DNA from: Curvularia clavata
Lineage: Eukaryota
Direction of reading: 5' to 3'
Length of the DNA: 64,000 nt
Assembly: GCA_023920165.1 (NCBI GenBank)
Contig: CP089277.1
Coordinates: forward strand, 2,108,001 to 2,172,000
The notes below the pieces were generated by a model, which was not told where the DNA came from, made no database searches, and worked only from the letters and a program-made list of their open reading frames with translations. Shown one piece after another: positions 11,894-24,278 of this stretch (positions within the stretch are counted from its first letter, which is position 1; each line of letters starts with the position of its first letter). Position numbers and translations under genes: made by a program.

Positions 11894-14002
11894 CAGTGGG
11901 GTGACACGAAAGAAGATCACAAGGAAAAATAGCATTTTTCACTAGGCTATATCTTAGCTAATAAAATAGCTAAAAATATAAAAGCTTAAGATTTGTATAG
12001 AGATTTACTAGCTCTTCTAGTCTATAATCTAAAAAAAAGTTTAGTAAGTAAATAGCTCTTATAAAACAAAGCTAAACTAGTGAGAAAAAAAAACGTCAAC
12101 TTTACACGTATTTTTCGCGCTGAGATCTTGCAATTTATATAGCTATCTATATATAGATATATACTATTAGTATATATATATAATATATATTTTGTATAGC
12201 TATAGTTATTTATCTAAATTAGAAGATATATATATAACTTATATTTTAGTAAATATATAAGATAATAATAGTAAATTACTATCTAATATTTTGTATACCA
12301 GCCCTTAGCTTCCACTACTCTATTATAGCGTTTGGGCATAGATAAAATACAGCTATCTATGTCTTTTTGTGGTATTTTCTGCCACTCTTGGTGAATAGGT
12401 GTAATAAACGTATTTATACTAGTCTCACTAGCGCCAGTGCCAAGACTAGAGCTTGGCAGCTTAGTAAGCCGATTTTTAAGCAAGCTCCATACGTTTTCTA
12501 TTGGATTTAGATCTGGGCTATACGCTGGATGGTCGAAAAGTGTAATTTTATGGCGCTTAAACCAGTCTAAAACGTTTCTAGCTTTATGGATTGTTGCGTT
12601 ATCTTGTTGGAATTTCCAGCCTAAATAGATATAGATTAGCTAACTATAACTGTATAGTTAGACTTATATATATATATTTATATATTTAGATATATATATA
12701 TATATAAGTAAAAATATATAGCAGAACTTACCGCGTTTTATATTCGGTTTTATATATGGTATTAGACATTTTCTAATATAGTGGTGATTTCGATGTTTTA
12801 CTACGCTATTTGGCGTCTTAATAACCACTAGATTGGATCTGCCACCTATCCAAATAGCTCCCCAAACTTGGATAGTTATATCATGGGCTAAAAATTGGCT
12901 TAGTCAGCTAGATATATAAAATACAAAATATATATATAGTTATATATATATATAACTATAATTTGGCTTATTAGAAATATTTTTAAACGTACTTGTATTC
13001 TTTGTAGAGTATATTTTTTGATTTTGGTGATACTTTGGCCTATTTCGAGAAAATTCGGCTCGAGATCCATATCCACGCTGGATTCCAGACTCGTCAGAAA
13101 ATATAACTTTTTCAAAGTTAATATTACTAAGCTTTTTAAGCTTATTTTTAGCGTAGAGTAGCCGTTTTTTAGCTTTTTTCTCGTTTAAAATTGGCTTTTT
13201 TTAACTAGTTGTTATAGTCCAGCCCTCTGCTTTTAAAACTCTTTGAAGAGTTCTACTAGATATTTCTAGATTATTTTCGTTTAATAATCTATGTTTTGTT
13301 TTTTTTGGACTGCGTAGTATGTCTCTATTTAGAGCTCTTATAGCTCTAGAAGTTGTCTTAGAAATTCCGCCTAAACTAGCTCTTTTTAGCTGACTAATAG
13401 CTTTATGTTTTCGTTTTATTCGAGCTATAGCGTTATATATAGACCGTGGATTTTTTTGAAAGTAATTAATTATATTTTTTATAGGTGTATTGGCGTCTAA
13501 AAACGCTTTGATTTGGCGTTCAAAATTCGATAGTTGTGGCTCCATTGTGTGGGGAATATAGTTTTAAGTTACTAGAGATAGAAAGCTATAGCTATATACT
13601 AGTTGATTACTAATAGCTGACTAAGCTAGTGCTTATGTAAGCTAGTGCTAAAATTCGAAATCTTATATAGCTATTTAACTAGATAGATAACTATAGCTTA
13701 AATTTATATATATTTCATATATAGACTAGTAGTGTCTATATATATATAGATAGCTGTATAAAATATAAAATCTCAGCGCGAAAAATACGTACAAAGTTGA
13801 CGTTTTTTTTTCTCTCTAGTTTAAGCTTATTTTATAAGAGCTATATACTTATTAAGTTTTTTTTTAAGTTATAGACTATAAGAGCTAGTAAATCTCTACA
13901 TAAATCTTAAACCTTTATATTTTCAGCTATTTTATTAGCTAAGATATAGCTTAGTGAAAAATGCTATTTTTCCTTGTGATCTTTTTTCGTGTCACCCCAC
14001 TG
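11894..14002 (-). mobile_element. Tc1/mariner DNA transposon (DD34E) with about 330-bp TIRs
   Basis: Ends CAGTGGGGTGACACGAAA / TTTCGTGTCACCCCACTG flanked by TA. Inverted homology extends about 11894-12220 vs 13675-14002. Transposase on the minus strand. Confidence 0.95.
12283..13545 (-). pseudogene. Tc1-family DD34E transposase, 3 exons, one premature stop
   Basis: Exons 13545-12993, 12887-12732 and 12620-12283 join to 1047 nt in frame. Motifs VIFSDES, QVWGAI, FQQDNATIH, HPAYSPDLNPIENVW with 34 residues between D and E. One in-frame TAA at 13203-13201. Confidence 0.9.
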
Positions 14003-14497
14003 TATTATTATTCTAATTTAGATCTATACTATAATTTGGATTCGACATATAAAGCTAAAGGTACTAGAGCCTAAAATATAGAAGCTTAAGGCCTCGCGTT
14101 TAAATCCCCCCTTAGATATAGTCCTTTTTTAAATTTTTAAATTTTAGTAGGCTAAAAGGCGGCCTGCCTTTATTTTAAGACTACTTTTTAATGTTGGCCA
14201 ATCGCCACAGGCGAGCTAGTTATGAGAAACAAAAACAGAAATAAATAAATAAATAATTTCCAAAATCTCAGCGCGAAAAATACGTGTAAAGTTGACGTTT
14301 TTTTTTCTCTCTAGTTTAGCATTTTCTTACAAGAGCTACATACTTACTAAGCTTTATTTTAAACTTTAGACTAAAAGAGCTAGTAAATCTCTATACAGAT
14401 CTTAAGCTTTTATATTTTTAGCTACTTTATTAGCTAAGATATAGCTTAGTGAAAAGTGCTAGTTTTTCTTGTGATCTTTTTTCGTGTCACCCCACTG
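14003..14497. mobile_element. Right-hand fragment of a related Tc1-like TIR element
   Basis: 14003-14255 is a direct repeat of about 21333-21583. About 14262-14497 is another right TIR ending ...GTGTCACCCCACTG followed by TA. Confidence 0.85.
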
Positions 14498-15130
14498 TAA
14501 TAGAAAAACTAGGCAAAAAGTAGATTATTTAATCGATCATGTTAGTAGATAGTTTAAATTTTATACCTCTATAAAACAACTATAGTAGAATTATATTAAG
14601 TTTCATATTAGAAATTTTTTTCTAGCTAGTCTAATTATCAAGTTATTAATATAGTTAAATAACTAAAATCTACTTTATAAAAGATTTATTATTTTACTCT
14701 AGTTTTTTGAATATTTTATAAAGTACTCTCATATTTGTATATTTCGTTCTTTAAAATATAGATAATATCAAAATATAATAAGATTATCATTATATATATT
14801 AGTTAAATTTTGATACTAACTAAAAGTTTGCTTTAGGCCAAAATTTGAAGGACTTCGAAAAATTGCGAGAATTTAGAAGATTTAGCTTTTATTAATTACA
14901 ACAGTATATATTAAGAAGAAATCAGATTTGATAGAATATAGTAGACATTAAGTAACTTTCTAAGCTATACTAAGATCATAGACTTGTAGCTTATTTCTAC
15001 TAATGGAAATATAAGAAATATAAAATAATAGATTTCTTTGAAAATATTTATACTTGGATGGATAATAATAGCTAGAACATCTATATATGATATCAATCTA
15101 AAGACACTGTAAATATATAACTATACTACA

Positions 15131-16092
15131 TAATAACTCTAATAGGTAGAAGTCTATCAGATGGCTAATAATAGGTAGAGAAAATTATAAAATTGTTAAA
15201 CTATAGTTATAATAAAGATATATAGTATTAGAGTAGCGTATACTGTCTATAAATATCTACTCTTCTACTTTTATAAACTTAATCTTTGATTTAGTAAAAT
15301 CTATTGATAGTATCGCACACTTAGCTTATTCTATCTCTTTCTTCAGTCTTCTTTAAATTTAGATTAACCATGTCTAATCTCTCTAAATAATAGGTAGTCC
15401 CCGTCACTCTTTTTTTAGACGCCCGGCCTACTTTCTATAAGCTGCTTTTAAGTAAAGTTACTATAGAGCTATAGAAGTGGCTCTTTAAATAGCTTAACTT
15501 TCTAGATACGACTATACCCAACAATAACGACTATATTCTATACCATATATGCCAAGTAGATATAATATAGCTGTAACAGTCGTAAGGCTAGAAGATCGCG
15601 CTTATTACATAATAAGTAAGACGCATTAAGAATTTACGACTTCAGCTACTAGTTGATTAAGAAGAATATAGTAAGGCTGCCTACTCTAGACATTTAGTTA
15701 TAGCTAGGATATAATACCTATAAGATTAGGAAGACTATTATAGATAGATATATAGATATAGAGGCAGCGTTATAGTATCTAAAAAGCGTAGCTTGGATAG
15801 ATACAACGCTCTATTTTATCCGGTCGAGACTACGCCAGTCGAACAACGACACGGACACGGACGCGGAGGTAGACATAGACGGCGATAGCGACGACGATAG
15901 TAACGTGGATAGGGACAGCGATATAGAGATAGAGGATATTAAAATGGTAGACGTAAGGGAGAGGTTAGACGACATACTAATATAGCGTTGCGGAGGCTAG
16001 GTCTAAACTATATTCGTTAAGTTTAATTCAAATATAAAAAATAAAACCTAAAGTATTTCTCAAAATGTTTCGCAAAAGGCCGAAGCCGGATT
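15131..16092. repeat. Inverted copy of the interior of the TIR element at 20362-21334, with a RIPed non-transposase ORF (ATG 15370)
   Basis: CGCAAAAGGCCGAAGCCGGA (16071-16090) is the reverse complement of sequence near 20363-20382, and homology continues to about 15131/21334. Confidence 0.8.
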
Positions 16093-18826
16093 GAAATATA
16101 TATATATATATATAAATTACAATAATATAAATAGATATTTAGTATTAATCTAGAAGATTTAATAATTATAATAGAATAGATATAGTATAAAAATGAAAAA
16201 ATGAAAAAAGCTAATAGATAATATCTAATTAATAATGAGGATATTTTAGATATATGGTGGATAGTTAGCTTTAGTCTTCTATAGAATATTTTATAAAATA
16301 TTTCATATATTATATCTTAATTTCTAAACTAATATTTATAACTTATCTAGCTCTATAAAGCTAGACTAATATATGATCAACTTATTCTCTTACAAAAATA
16401 ATATTGATGTGCTTCTTTTTACATTTTTTATTTTCTTTACTTTTTTTAACTCTATATAGATAAAATATAGTAATATATCTATGTAAAACTAATTTAAGTT
16501 ACTTTAAAAATAATTTGTAATAGTCTACTACTTAGATATTAGTATATAAATAGTAATAATTTTCTAAATATTAGCTATATCATTTCATATATATTCTATA
16601 GTTTTTAAACTAGATAGTAGTCTAGTCTATCTAATTAACTTCTAGCTAAATTTATATATTTTTTAAGCTTTTTAGTTACTTACTAAAGTTATATAACTAT
16701 GACTTATTCTTTTTATCGAAATATTTTAAATATTATGTTATTTTTAAGAATGTTTAGAGTTATCTATATTAGCGTTGATAGAAGTAATATATTAGATCTA
16801 AATAAATAGCTACTTTTATAGATTTAGAGCTATTATAAAAGAAGATAGATTAAAATAGATAAAGTTATAGATTAAAGTGATATAGATAGATATTGAGTAT
16901 TAGTCTAGAAGATTTAGTAATCATAATAAAATAGATATAGTAATAAAATTTTAAAAATTACAAAAACTAATAGATAATATCTGATTAATGAAAAAGATTT
17001 TAGAAATTTTAGATATATAGTAGATAGGAATTAATTAGAAAATAATATTAATCAAATTACTAGACTAGAGATTAAGTTTATAAAGATAGAATATTTAATG
17101 TTCAAAATTATATTCTATATTACTACCTTACGATTTATATTTTTGTTATAACTACAGTTTATTAAATATTGACTTTGCTATGTCTACTTACTATAAGTTC
17201 TATGTTATCATTATATTAGAAAACTAAATAAGTAACAAAAATGAGGAAAAGGTTTATTTTATTTTAATAGCTCTGGTGTTAACTTAGCTATTAATTACTA
17301 AACATGTCTAGTATTTCTCTACTTCCTTATCTAAATATGAGTAGGATAGTATTTAGATCAAAGTTAGAGTAAGATTAGATTTTATATAAGCTGATCTAGT
17401 CTAACTCTAGTTTTAATCTATATGTTAGAAAACTATCTAGATTAAAGTAGAGCTGCTAAAACTAAATTATAGACTAAGATAAGATTGGATAAAATATAGA
17501 CTAGAGAAGACTAGACTAGCTAAAATATAAATAGAAAGTAGACTAGACTAACTAGAATAAAGAAGTAGATAGAACTAGACTATGAATTATAGACTCTAAT
17601 ACATTTAAGTTAGTATATATCTATTCTATATATTTATATTAGTAGATAAAATCTTATAGTAAAATACCCTATAGTACAGAATATAGTAAAATTATTATAG
17701 TGAATCTTAAATCTAATAGTAGCTTAGTATATATATAAAACTATTATAGATACTAGAGTATAGTTTTATAAAGTTAAAATTATATCTACTTTTATAATAG
17801 CTATAGACTATAGTTTATATAGTACTCTAGAGTCTTTTCAAGTAATCTATAAGTATCTATCTATCTATTAGATACAAAAAAATTAAAAAAACTATTAAAT
17901 AAGTTATTAGATATTTCTAGAGTTACTACTACTATTAGTAGTATAGAATTTAAATATTCAAGTAAATATCTATATTCTATTATCTACTTATTTATCTAAC
18001 TATATCTATATTCTAACTGATATTTATATTTTTTCTCTACTTTTAGCAGTAGATACGCTTACTTTTATAAAACTTAGTTATTTGACTAATTAACTTTATT
18101 CGCGTATATATAGTCTATATAGTCTATTTGTAAAATAAAAACTTAGTTTAGCTAAGTATAATAGAGCGAGTATATAGATAAGAATAAAAAAAAATAATAG
18201 TCTTAATAGTCAAACTTCTACTCTTACTGTTATTATTATTACTATTATTCTAGCTGTTTCTAAATATTTTATCTAGTCTAGCTTACATATCTACTTTTAT
18301 ATTTAACATATTAAATAGAGCTTATAGTCTATGTTTCTAGATAATATTTCCATTCTAGTTAGTCTAAATATCATTTCTCTAGTTTAGATACTTTCTATAA
18401 ATACTAAAGTAGAAGTAGTTAGATATATTCTATTCTGAGATAGTGTAGAAATCGTTCTATTTTAACTTTTTAACTATAGAAAATAGCTATTCCAGCTTTA
18501 TAGTAATATACTATCTTTAAAGCTATATATACTAATTAATATATCTAGAATTATAAGTTTTAAAGAAGATATATAGCTCTCGAAATACCAGAAAATCTTT
18601 TTATTTGATTTAGTAGAGTAGAGCGTTTGAAACTATAGATTTAAAGTTAATATAGATATCTATGGAAAAGACTTAGTAAATCTCTCTATATTTATTTAGA
18701 TAGCTAGAGAGTATTTATAGTACTACTAGTAGATTTCTATATACTCTTATTAGTTTATTATAGATATTTATGATTGGATTTTCTATCTTTCTCTACTAAA
18801 CTATAATAAATCATAAGAGAAAAATC

Positions 18827-19330
18827 TTTAAAAAGGTTATAGGTAGATAGATAAAATAACTTTCTTAATAACTAAAATAGCTTATTAAGATATAAGTAAT
18901 AGATATAAAATATCTAGTAAATAGTTAAAATATAGATAATAAGTAGATATATTAGAGCTAGGTAACTAAATAACTATAGATAGCTAGCATCTTTTATAGA
19001 TAGCTAACGGAGATAGACGTTATATCTATCTCCTATCTTAATTAAAAATTAACTACTAGACTTGAGTAAAATCAGATTAGTTTTTTATATTTTTTTTAAT
19101 TTATAAAGTCTTACTATAGACTAATATCTTTATAATATAGCTTATTAAGTAAGCTAATACTAATATATAATATAACAACGTCTTATATATAGATAAGAAA
19201 GTAGAGAAATACTTAAAATATTTAGTAGTTAGTAGCTAAGTTAAAACTAGATCTATTAGAATAAAATAAACTATTTTATAATTCTTATCACTTATAGATT
19301 TTTATAGTATAATAATTATATATATATTAC
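18827..19330. repeat. LTR homologous (inverted) to the solo LTR at 2567-3081
   Basis: For example CTTTTATAGATAGCTAACGGAGATAGACG matches the reverse complement of CGCCTATCTCCGTTAGTTGTCTATAAAAG near 2888-2916. Confidence 0.75.
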
Positions 19331-19628
19331 GTTTTTCTAAGCTGAAGCTATATTTATATATATTTATTTCAATAAAACGTTATAGAAATTATGAAATGAT
19401 TTTTTATTAATACTTACTATCAGTCAAATTTAAATTCTATTCTATTACTAAAATTATTAAAAGAAGAAGTATACTCTATAAATCCAATATATAGTAAGTT
19501 TAAATTACTAACTAGTGTTTTCTAAATTAAGTTTTATTTGGTTTAGTAACAGTTAGTAGTACTTTGATAGAAAAAACAATCAGTCTGGAGCTATAGGATT
19601 TTAATAGAATAGCTATATAATTAACTTA

Positions 19629-21585
19629 CAGTGGGGTGACATAAAAAAAAGAACTTGAAAACGTAGTACTTATTGAATTACTATAATTCAGCTAATAAAA
19701 TAGCTAAGAATATAAAAGTTACTATTTTAGATCGAGGTTAGCCAGCTGTTTGAATCTTATATTTAAAATATAGGTTAGTCAGCATATATATAATACAGTA
19801 AATTGTCAAAGTAGAGTAATGAAAAAAGCAAAATAAAAGCTATCTTTTCGCGCTCAAATATTATAGCATTTATTTTTTTTAGTATATATATATGGCATAC
19901 TTACTTGGTGGATTTTTATATTTTATAGATTTTGTTTCGAAAAATATATTGAATAAATTAATAAAAGAAGTAGAGAAAAGTAACATATTTATAGATAAAA
20001 TTGATAGAAATCTAAATTTATAGCTATATTAAAGAACTAAAATAAAATTTAATAAAGTTCAATATCACAAATTTTCTTTTACCCCTGCTCGTTATCCAGT
20101 TATTAATATAGATATATAACTAAAATCTCCTTTATAAAAGTTGATTATTTTACCCTAGTTTATTAATATTTTATGAAATACTCTAATTTTTGAATCTATT
20201 ATTCTTTAAAATATATATATATTAAAATTTTAATTCTTTTACTGTTATATATATTACTTAAAGATTGATACTAACTCACAGTTTACTATACGCCAAAATT
20301 CGATAGACTTAGAAAATTAAGAAAATTTAGAAAATCTAGATTTTATTAATTATACTAGTATATCCGGCTTCGGCCTTTTGCGATATATTCCAAAAAACAC
20401 TTCAGATATTATTTTTTATATATTACTTAAATTTCATAAATATAGTTCAGATCTAGCCTCTATAGTACTATATCGGCATATTATCTAATTTCTCTCTTAT
20501 ATCTACTATTTTAATATTCTCTATTTCTATATTACTATCTCTATTTATATTACTATTGTTATTACTATTATTATCTATATCTATATCTATATCTATATCT
20601 ATATCTATATTTATATCATTATGTAATTAGTATAATTTTAACTAGATAAAATAAAGTATTATATCTATCTAAACTATACTTTTTAAATATTTTAATACCA
20701 TTTCTATATCTATATATCTATTTATAATAGTCTTTCGAATTTTATAGATATTATACTCTAGTTATAACTAAATATCTAAAATAGATAGTCTTACTATATT
20801 TTATTTAATCAACTAGTAGCTAAAGTTATGATTTTGTAATATATCTTATTTATTAATAAGCGTAAGTTTCTAGTTTTATAACTATTATAGCTATATAATA
20901 TCTATCTAGTATATATAATATAGATTATAGTTATTATGATTAGATATAGTTATTTTTAGAAATTTAAGCTATCTCAAGTACTATTTCTATAGCTCTATAG
21001 TAACTTTACTTAAGAGTAGCTTATAGAGAGTAGGCTAGATATTTAAAAAAAAGAGTAATAGAAACTATTTATCATCTAGAGATATTAGATATAGTTAATT
21101 TAGATTTAAAAAAAAAGTCTAAAAAAAGAAATAAGATAAGCTAAGTATATAATACTATTAATAGATTTTACTAAACTATAGATTAAATTTATTAGAGTAG
21201 AAAAGTAGATATTCATAAATAGCATATACTATTTTGATACTATATATCTTTATTATAACTATAGTTTAATAACTTTAGAATTTCCTCTATCTTTTATTAG
21301 CTATCTAATAGATAGAAGTTTATTAGAGTAATTATTATTATTCTAATTTAGATCTATACTATATTTTAGATTTAATATATAAAGCTAAAAGTACTAAAAT
21401 CTAAAATATGGAAGTGTAAAATCTTACGTTTAAACCCCTCTCTTAGATATAGTTCTATTTTAAATTTTTGAATTTTAGTAGGCTAAAAGGCGGCCTATTT
21501 TCATTTTAAGACCACTTTTTAATATTAGTTACTTGCTATAGACGAGCTAATTATAAGAAATACAAATAGAAATAAATAAATATAC
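19629..21585. mobile_element. Tc1-like TIR element (non-autonomous, cargo-carrying), right TIR missing
   Basis: Begins TA|CAGTGGGGTGACATAAAA with diverged TIR homology to 11894 onward. Its interior matches 14499-14910, 15131-16092 (inverted) and 14003-14255. Confidence 0.75.
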
Positions 21586-21589
21586 ATAA

Positions 21590-21986
21590 GAAATATTATA
21601 GTATGATGTATCTAGAGTAGTTCTAAAGAAACGTAGACTTAGATATAATTTTAATAAATAAGCTATAATATCATTCTAAAGACTATTATTAGCTCAAATA
21701 AAATATTTAATTTAATATAATAGCGGAAGTAAAATTGATTAGATTAGTTTTAATAGAATATACTACTTAAATATATCAAGAAGTATATAGAATAATAATA
21801 GAATTATAAATTAAGTAGACACTTATAGATCTAGTATAAAAAGATATTAAAAATTTACTAAATATCTATAGAAGATATCTAGTACTTATATCTAGATGCG
21901 GGTTTTTATTAGATTTAAACCGGCCCTTAATTGGATCTTAATAAGCTGCCCTGGCTGGGGTATGTTTTGGTCTATGCATGGTTACA
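21590..21986 (-). mobile_element. Inverted 5' LTR (21716-21986) plus about 125 bp of leader of the Gypsy family, at the isochore border
   Basis: Reverse complement of 91-361 (ends ...TATGCATGGTTACA) and of the leader 362-480. Confidence 0.9.
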
Positions 21987-22525
21987 CGTACTTCTCTAGC
22001 CTAAATACTCATAGCGCTCTGTACGTGATTCTACCTTTTCTAGTCTCTCTAGGGTAGGCTACGCATACCCCGTCACACTTGTCACCTTGTTGCCCAAGTT
22101 GAACGAGTGATCCTATTACTCTAGCGTAGACGGCTAATCTAGACGGGCGGTTAACCTATAAGATATGTTGAATAGTTCATTAAATCTATAAAAGTTGTAA
22201 TGGTAAGAAATAGAAAAAAGTGAACAGCCAAGAGCAAACAAAGAATTCAGATGTAAGATAGTAAGCCTAGAGTGGCGTAGATAGCAATCGGGATAGCCCA
22301 AGCGTGGTATATGCATATGTTGATTGAGGCTTTCGAGCTTGGATGCCTACACTTGCCAACCCTGCCGGGTACCTTATACAAAGTAAGATCAAAGAAGGAC
22401 CAAGCAAGACATTGGCATGTGAATATGCTTTCATATGCATTTTGACTACAAATGGAAACGAAAATTGTTCTAGAAAATCATCTAGATCTTCTCCTTACGA
22501 TGCCAGTCCTACAGCAGAGACACAA

Positions 22526-24165
22526 TTAATCCTGCTTTCCAGCCTCGGTAGCTGGTGCGTTTTGGCTGCTCGAGCTGCTCGCATTCGCCTCGTAGTGGTT
22601 TTGATCCATTATACTCCAATCACCAATCTGCTCATCACCAAATTGGTCAAGATCCAGACCCATCATCTCCGCCTCAGAGGTAACACGGAGATGCATGCCC
22701 GGAATGAACTTGAGAATGTACAAAAGGATGCAGGAGACGATGAACGAGTAAGACGCGATAGCCGTAATCTCTGCGAGCTGACGACCGACCTGAACGCCAA
22801 CACCGTCCATGGCACCAAGAGGATCGTAAGGGCCCATGCCGTCGAGATCGTAGACCCAGGATTGCGCAAAGATACCGGTGAGGAAGGACCCAACCATACC
22901 ACCAATTCCGTGGAGCTTGAATACGTCCATACCTTCGTCAATTCGGATCCACTTGTCGACGTTTTGGCAAAGCGAGCAAATCGCACCAGTAAGGAAACCG
23001 ATGAGTGCGGCAATCCAAAGAGAGACATATCCCGCGGCGGGTGTGATGCCGACCAGACCGGCAATTGCACCTGAGCAAGCGCCGACGACAGAAAAGTGTC
23101 CCTTGGTGCGGACGTACTCTACCATGACCCAACCAAGTACACCGAAAGAGGCTGCAGTGTTCGTGTTGAAGGCAGCCACCATGGAGCGGATGGTACCGTT
23201 AAGTGCGCTGCCGCCGTTGAAGCCGAACCAGCCGAACCAGATGAAAACGGTACCGATAAAGACTAATGTAGGGTTGTGGGCTTTGCCATGGATCTTGTCG
23301 CCTTTGTGGAGACGCTTGCCGAGAACAAAAGCATACGCAAGGGCAGACCATCCAGACGCGATATGGACAGGGCCTCCTCCGGCGAAATCGAGGGAAGGGA
23401 GGTTAAACAGCCAACCGTTCCTGTCACGTCGTTAGCTGTTGTTTGTAATTTATTTTAGTCGGGCCGACATACGCGTTCCAGGTCCAGCAAGCAATCGGGC
23501 AGTAGACAATGGTGGCCCAGCAAAACGCAAAGACCATAGATGGTAGAATGCGCCCACGCTCAAAAGACCCGCCGATGACAAGCTGTACAGTACAAGCGCA
23601 GAACAACAACTGATACAAGCCTGTTTATTCAGTCAGTTTGTTACATATGAGCTGATTGAATATGTTTGCTTACAGAAGACGATTTCAGGCAACAGGGCCG
23701 ATCCAGGCGAAGGTGCAGACATGACATCCTTGAGACCAAAGTTTGCCATATTTCCGATGAAAGGGCCAGCAGTGCGGGAGTAGGCGAGGGAGTAGCCCCA
23801 GAACATCCACTGGAACGTTACACTTTACAGCGTCAGCAAGTCCAGCCGCCCTTATGCGACTTGTTGTTAGACTTACACACCCATCACGGCGAAGGACTGG
23901 AAAAGCAATGATAGTGCGGACTTGCGACGGGCAAGACCGGAGTACAAGAAGCCAATTCCTGGTATAATCAAGAAGACCAGGAAGGCCATTATCATCAAGT
24001 AGATGTAATGGAACTCCAGACCAGTGTATTGAAGGTTGACATTCTCCTCGTTTGGGTTGCCACCGTTCGGCTTGGCCGCATTAAATTCTGGCTATCTCTA
24101 TGTTAGACCGCCTCACGACTGAGCAAGTTCGTGTTGACTTTACTTACGGCAGTAGCTGGTTCCAT
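22526..24165 (-). CDS. Ammonium transporter (Amt/Mep family), 5 exons
   Basis: ATG at 24165 (MEPATA), four GT-AG introns. Motifs PGIGFLYSGLARRKS, DFAGGGPVHIASG, FIWFGWFGFNGGS, GAIAGLVGITPAAG, VFKLHGIGG. Both pore histidines present. Confidence 0.96.
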
Positions 24166-24278
24166 GGTGAAGAGGCTTCGAGACGTCACGTAGAACTCAA
24201 GAGCGGATGTGCCGTAGGGAACGAGTCAATCAGGTGTGCAAGGGAGTACCCAAGCTCATATATGTCTGATCCTCCTAC

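Larger units (their letters stand above)
1..22000. other. AT-rich, RIP-degenerated transposon block (AT isochore)
   Basis: Extreme AT content, TpA/TAG excess and CpA/TpG depletion. Almost no ORFs. Paralogous copies differ mostly by C>T/G>A changes. Abrupt switch to GC-equilibrated genic DNA near 22.0-22.3 kb. Confidence 0.97.

Noticed and set aside
16100..18820. Additional transposon coding remnants
   Set aside because: Clearly RIPed repeat DNA, but too degraded to assign family or boundaries by eye.
20571..20615. (ATCTAT)n as an independent microsatellite or CRISPR-like array
   Set aside because: RIP-decayed version of the GACACG/GACATA low-complexity tract in the cargo ORF. No spacers, eukaryotic context.
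1..22000. Avirulence/effector gene embedded in the AT block
   Set aside because: No GC-equilibrated island with a signal peptide and Cys-rich ORF was found. The GC-richer patches are the MITE, the transposase and the cargo ORF.
22343..23435. Long plus-strand ORFs (243 aa, 185 aa) and similar overlapping ORFs elsewhere
   Set aside because: Antisense shadows of real genes with biased codon usage.
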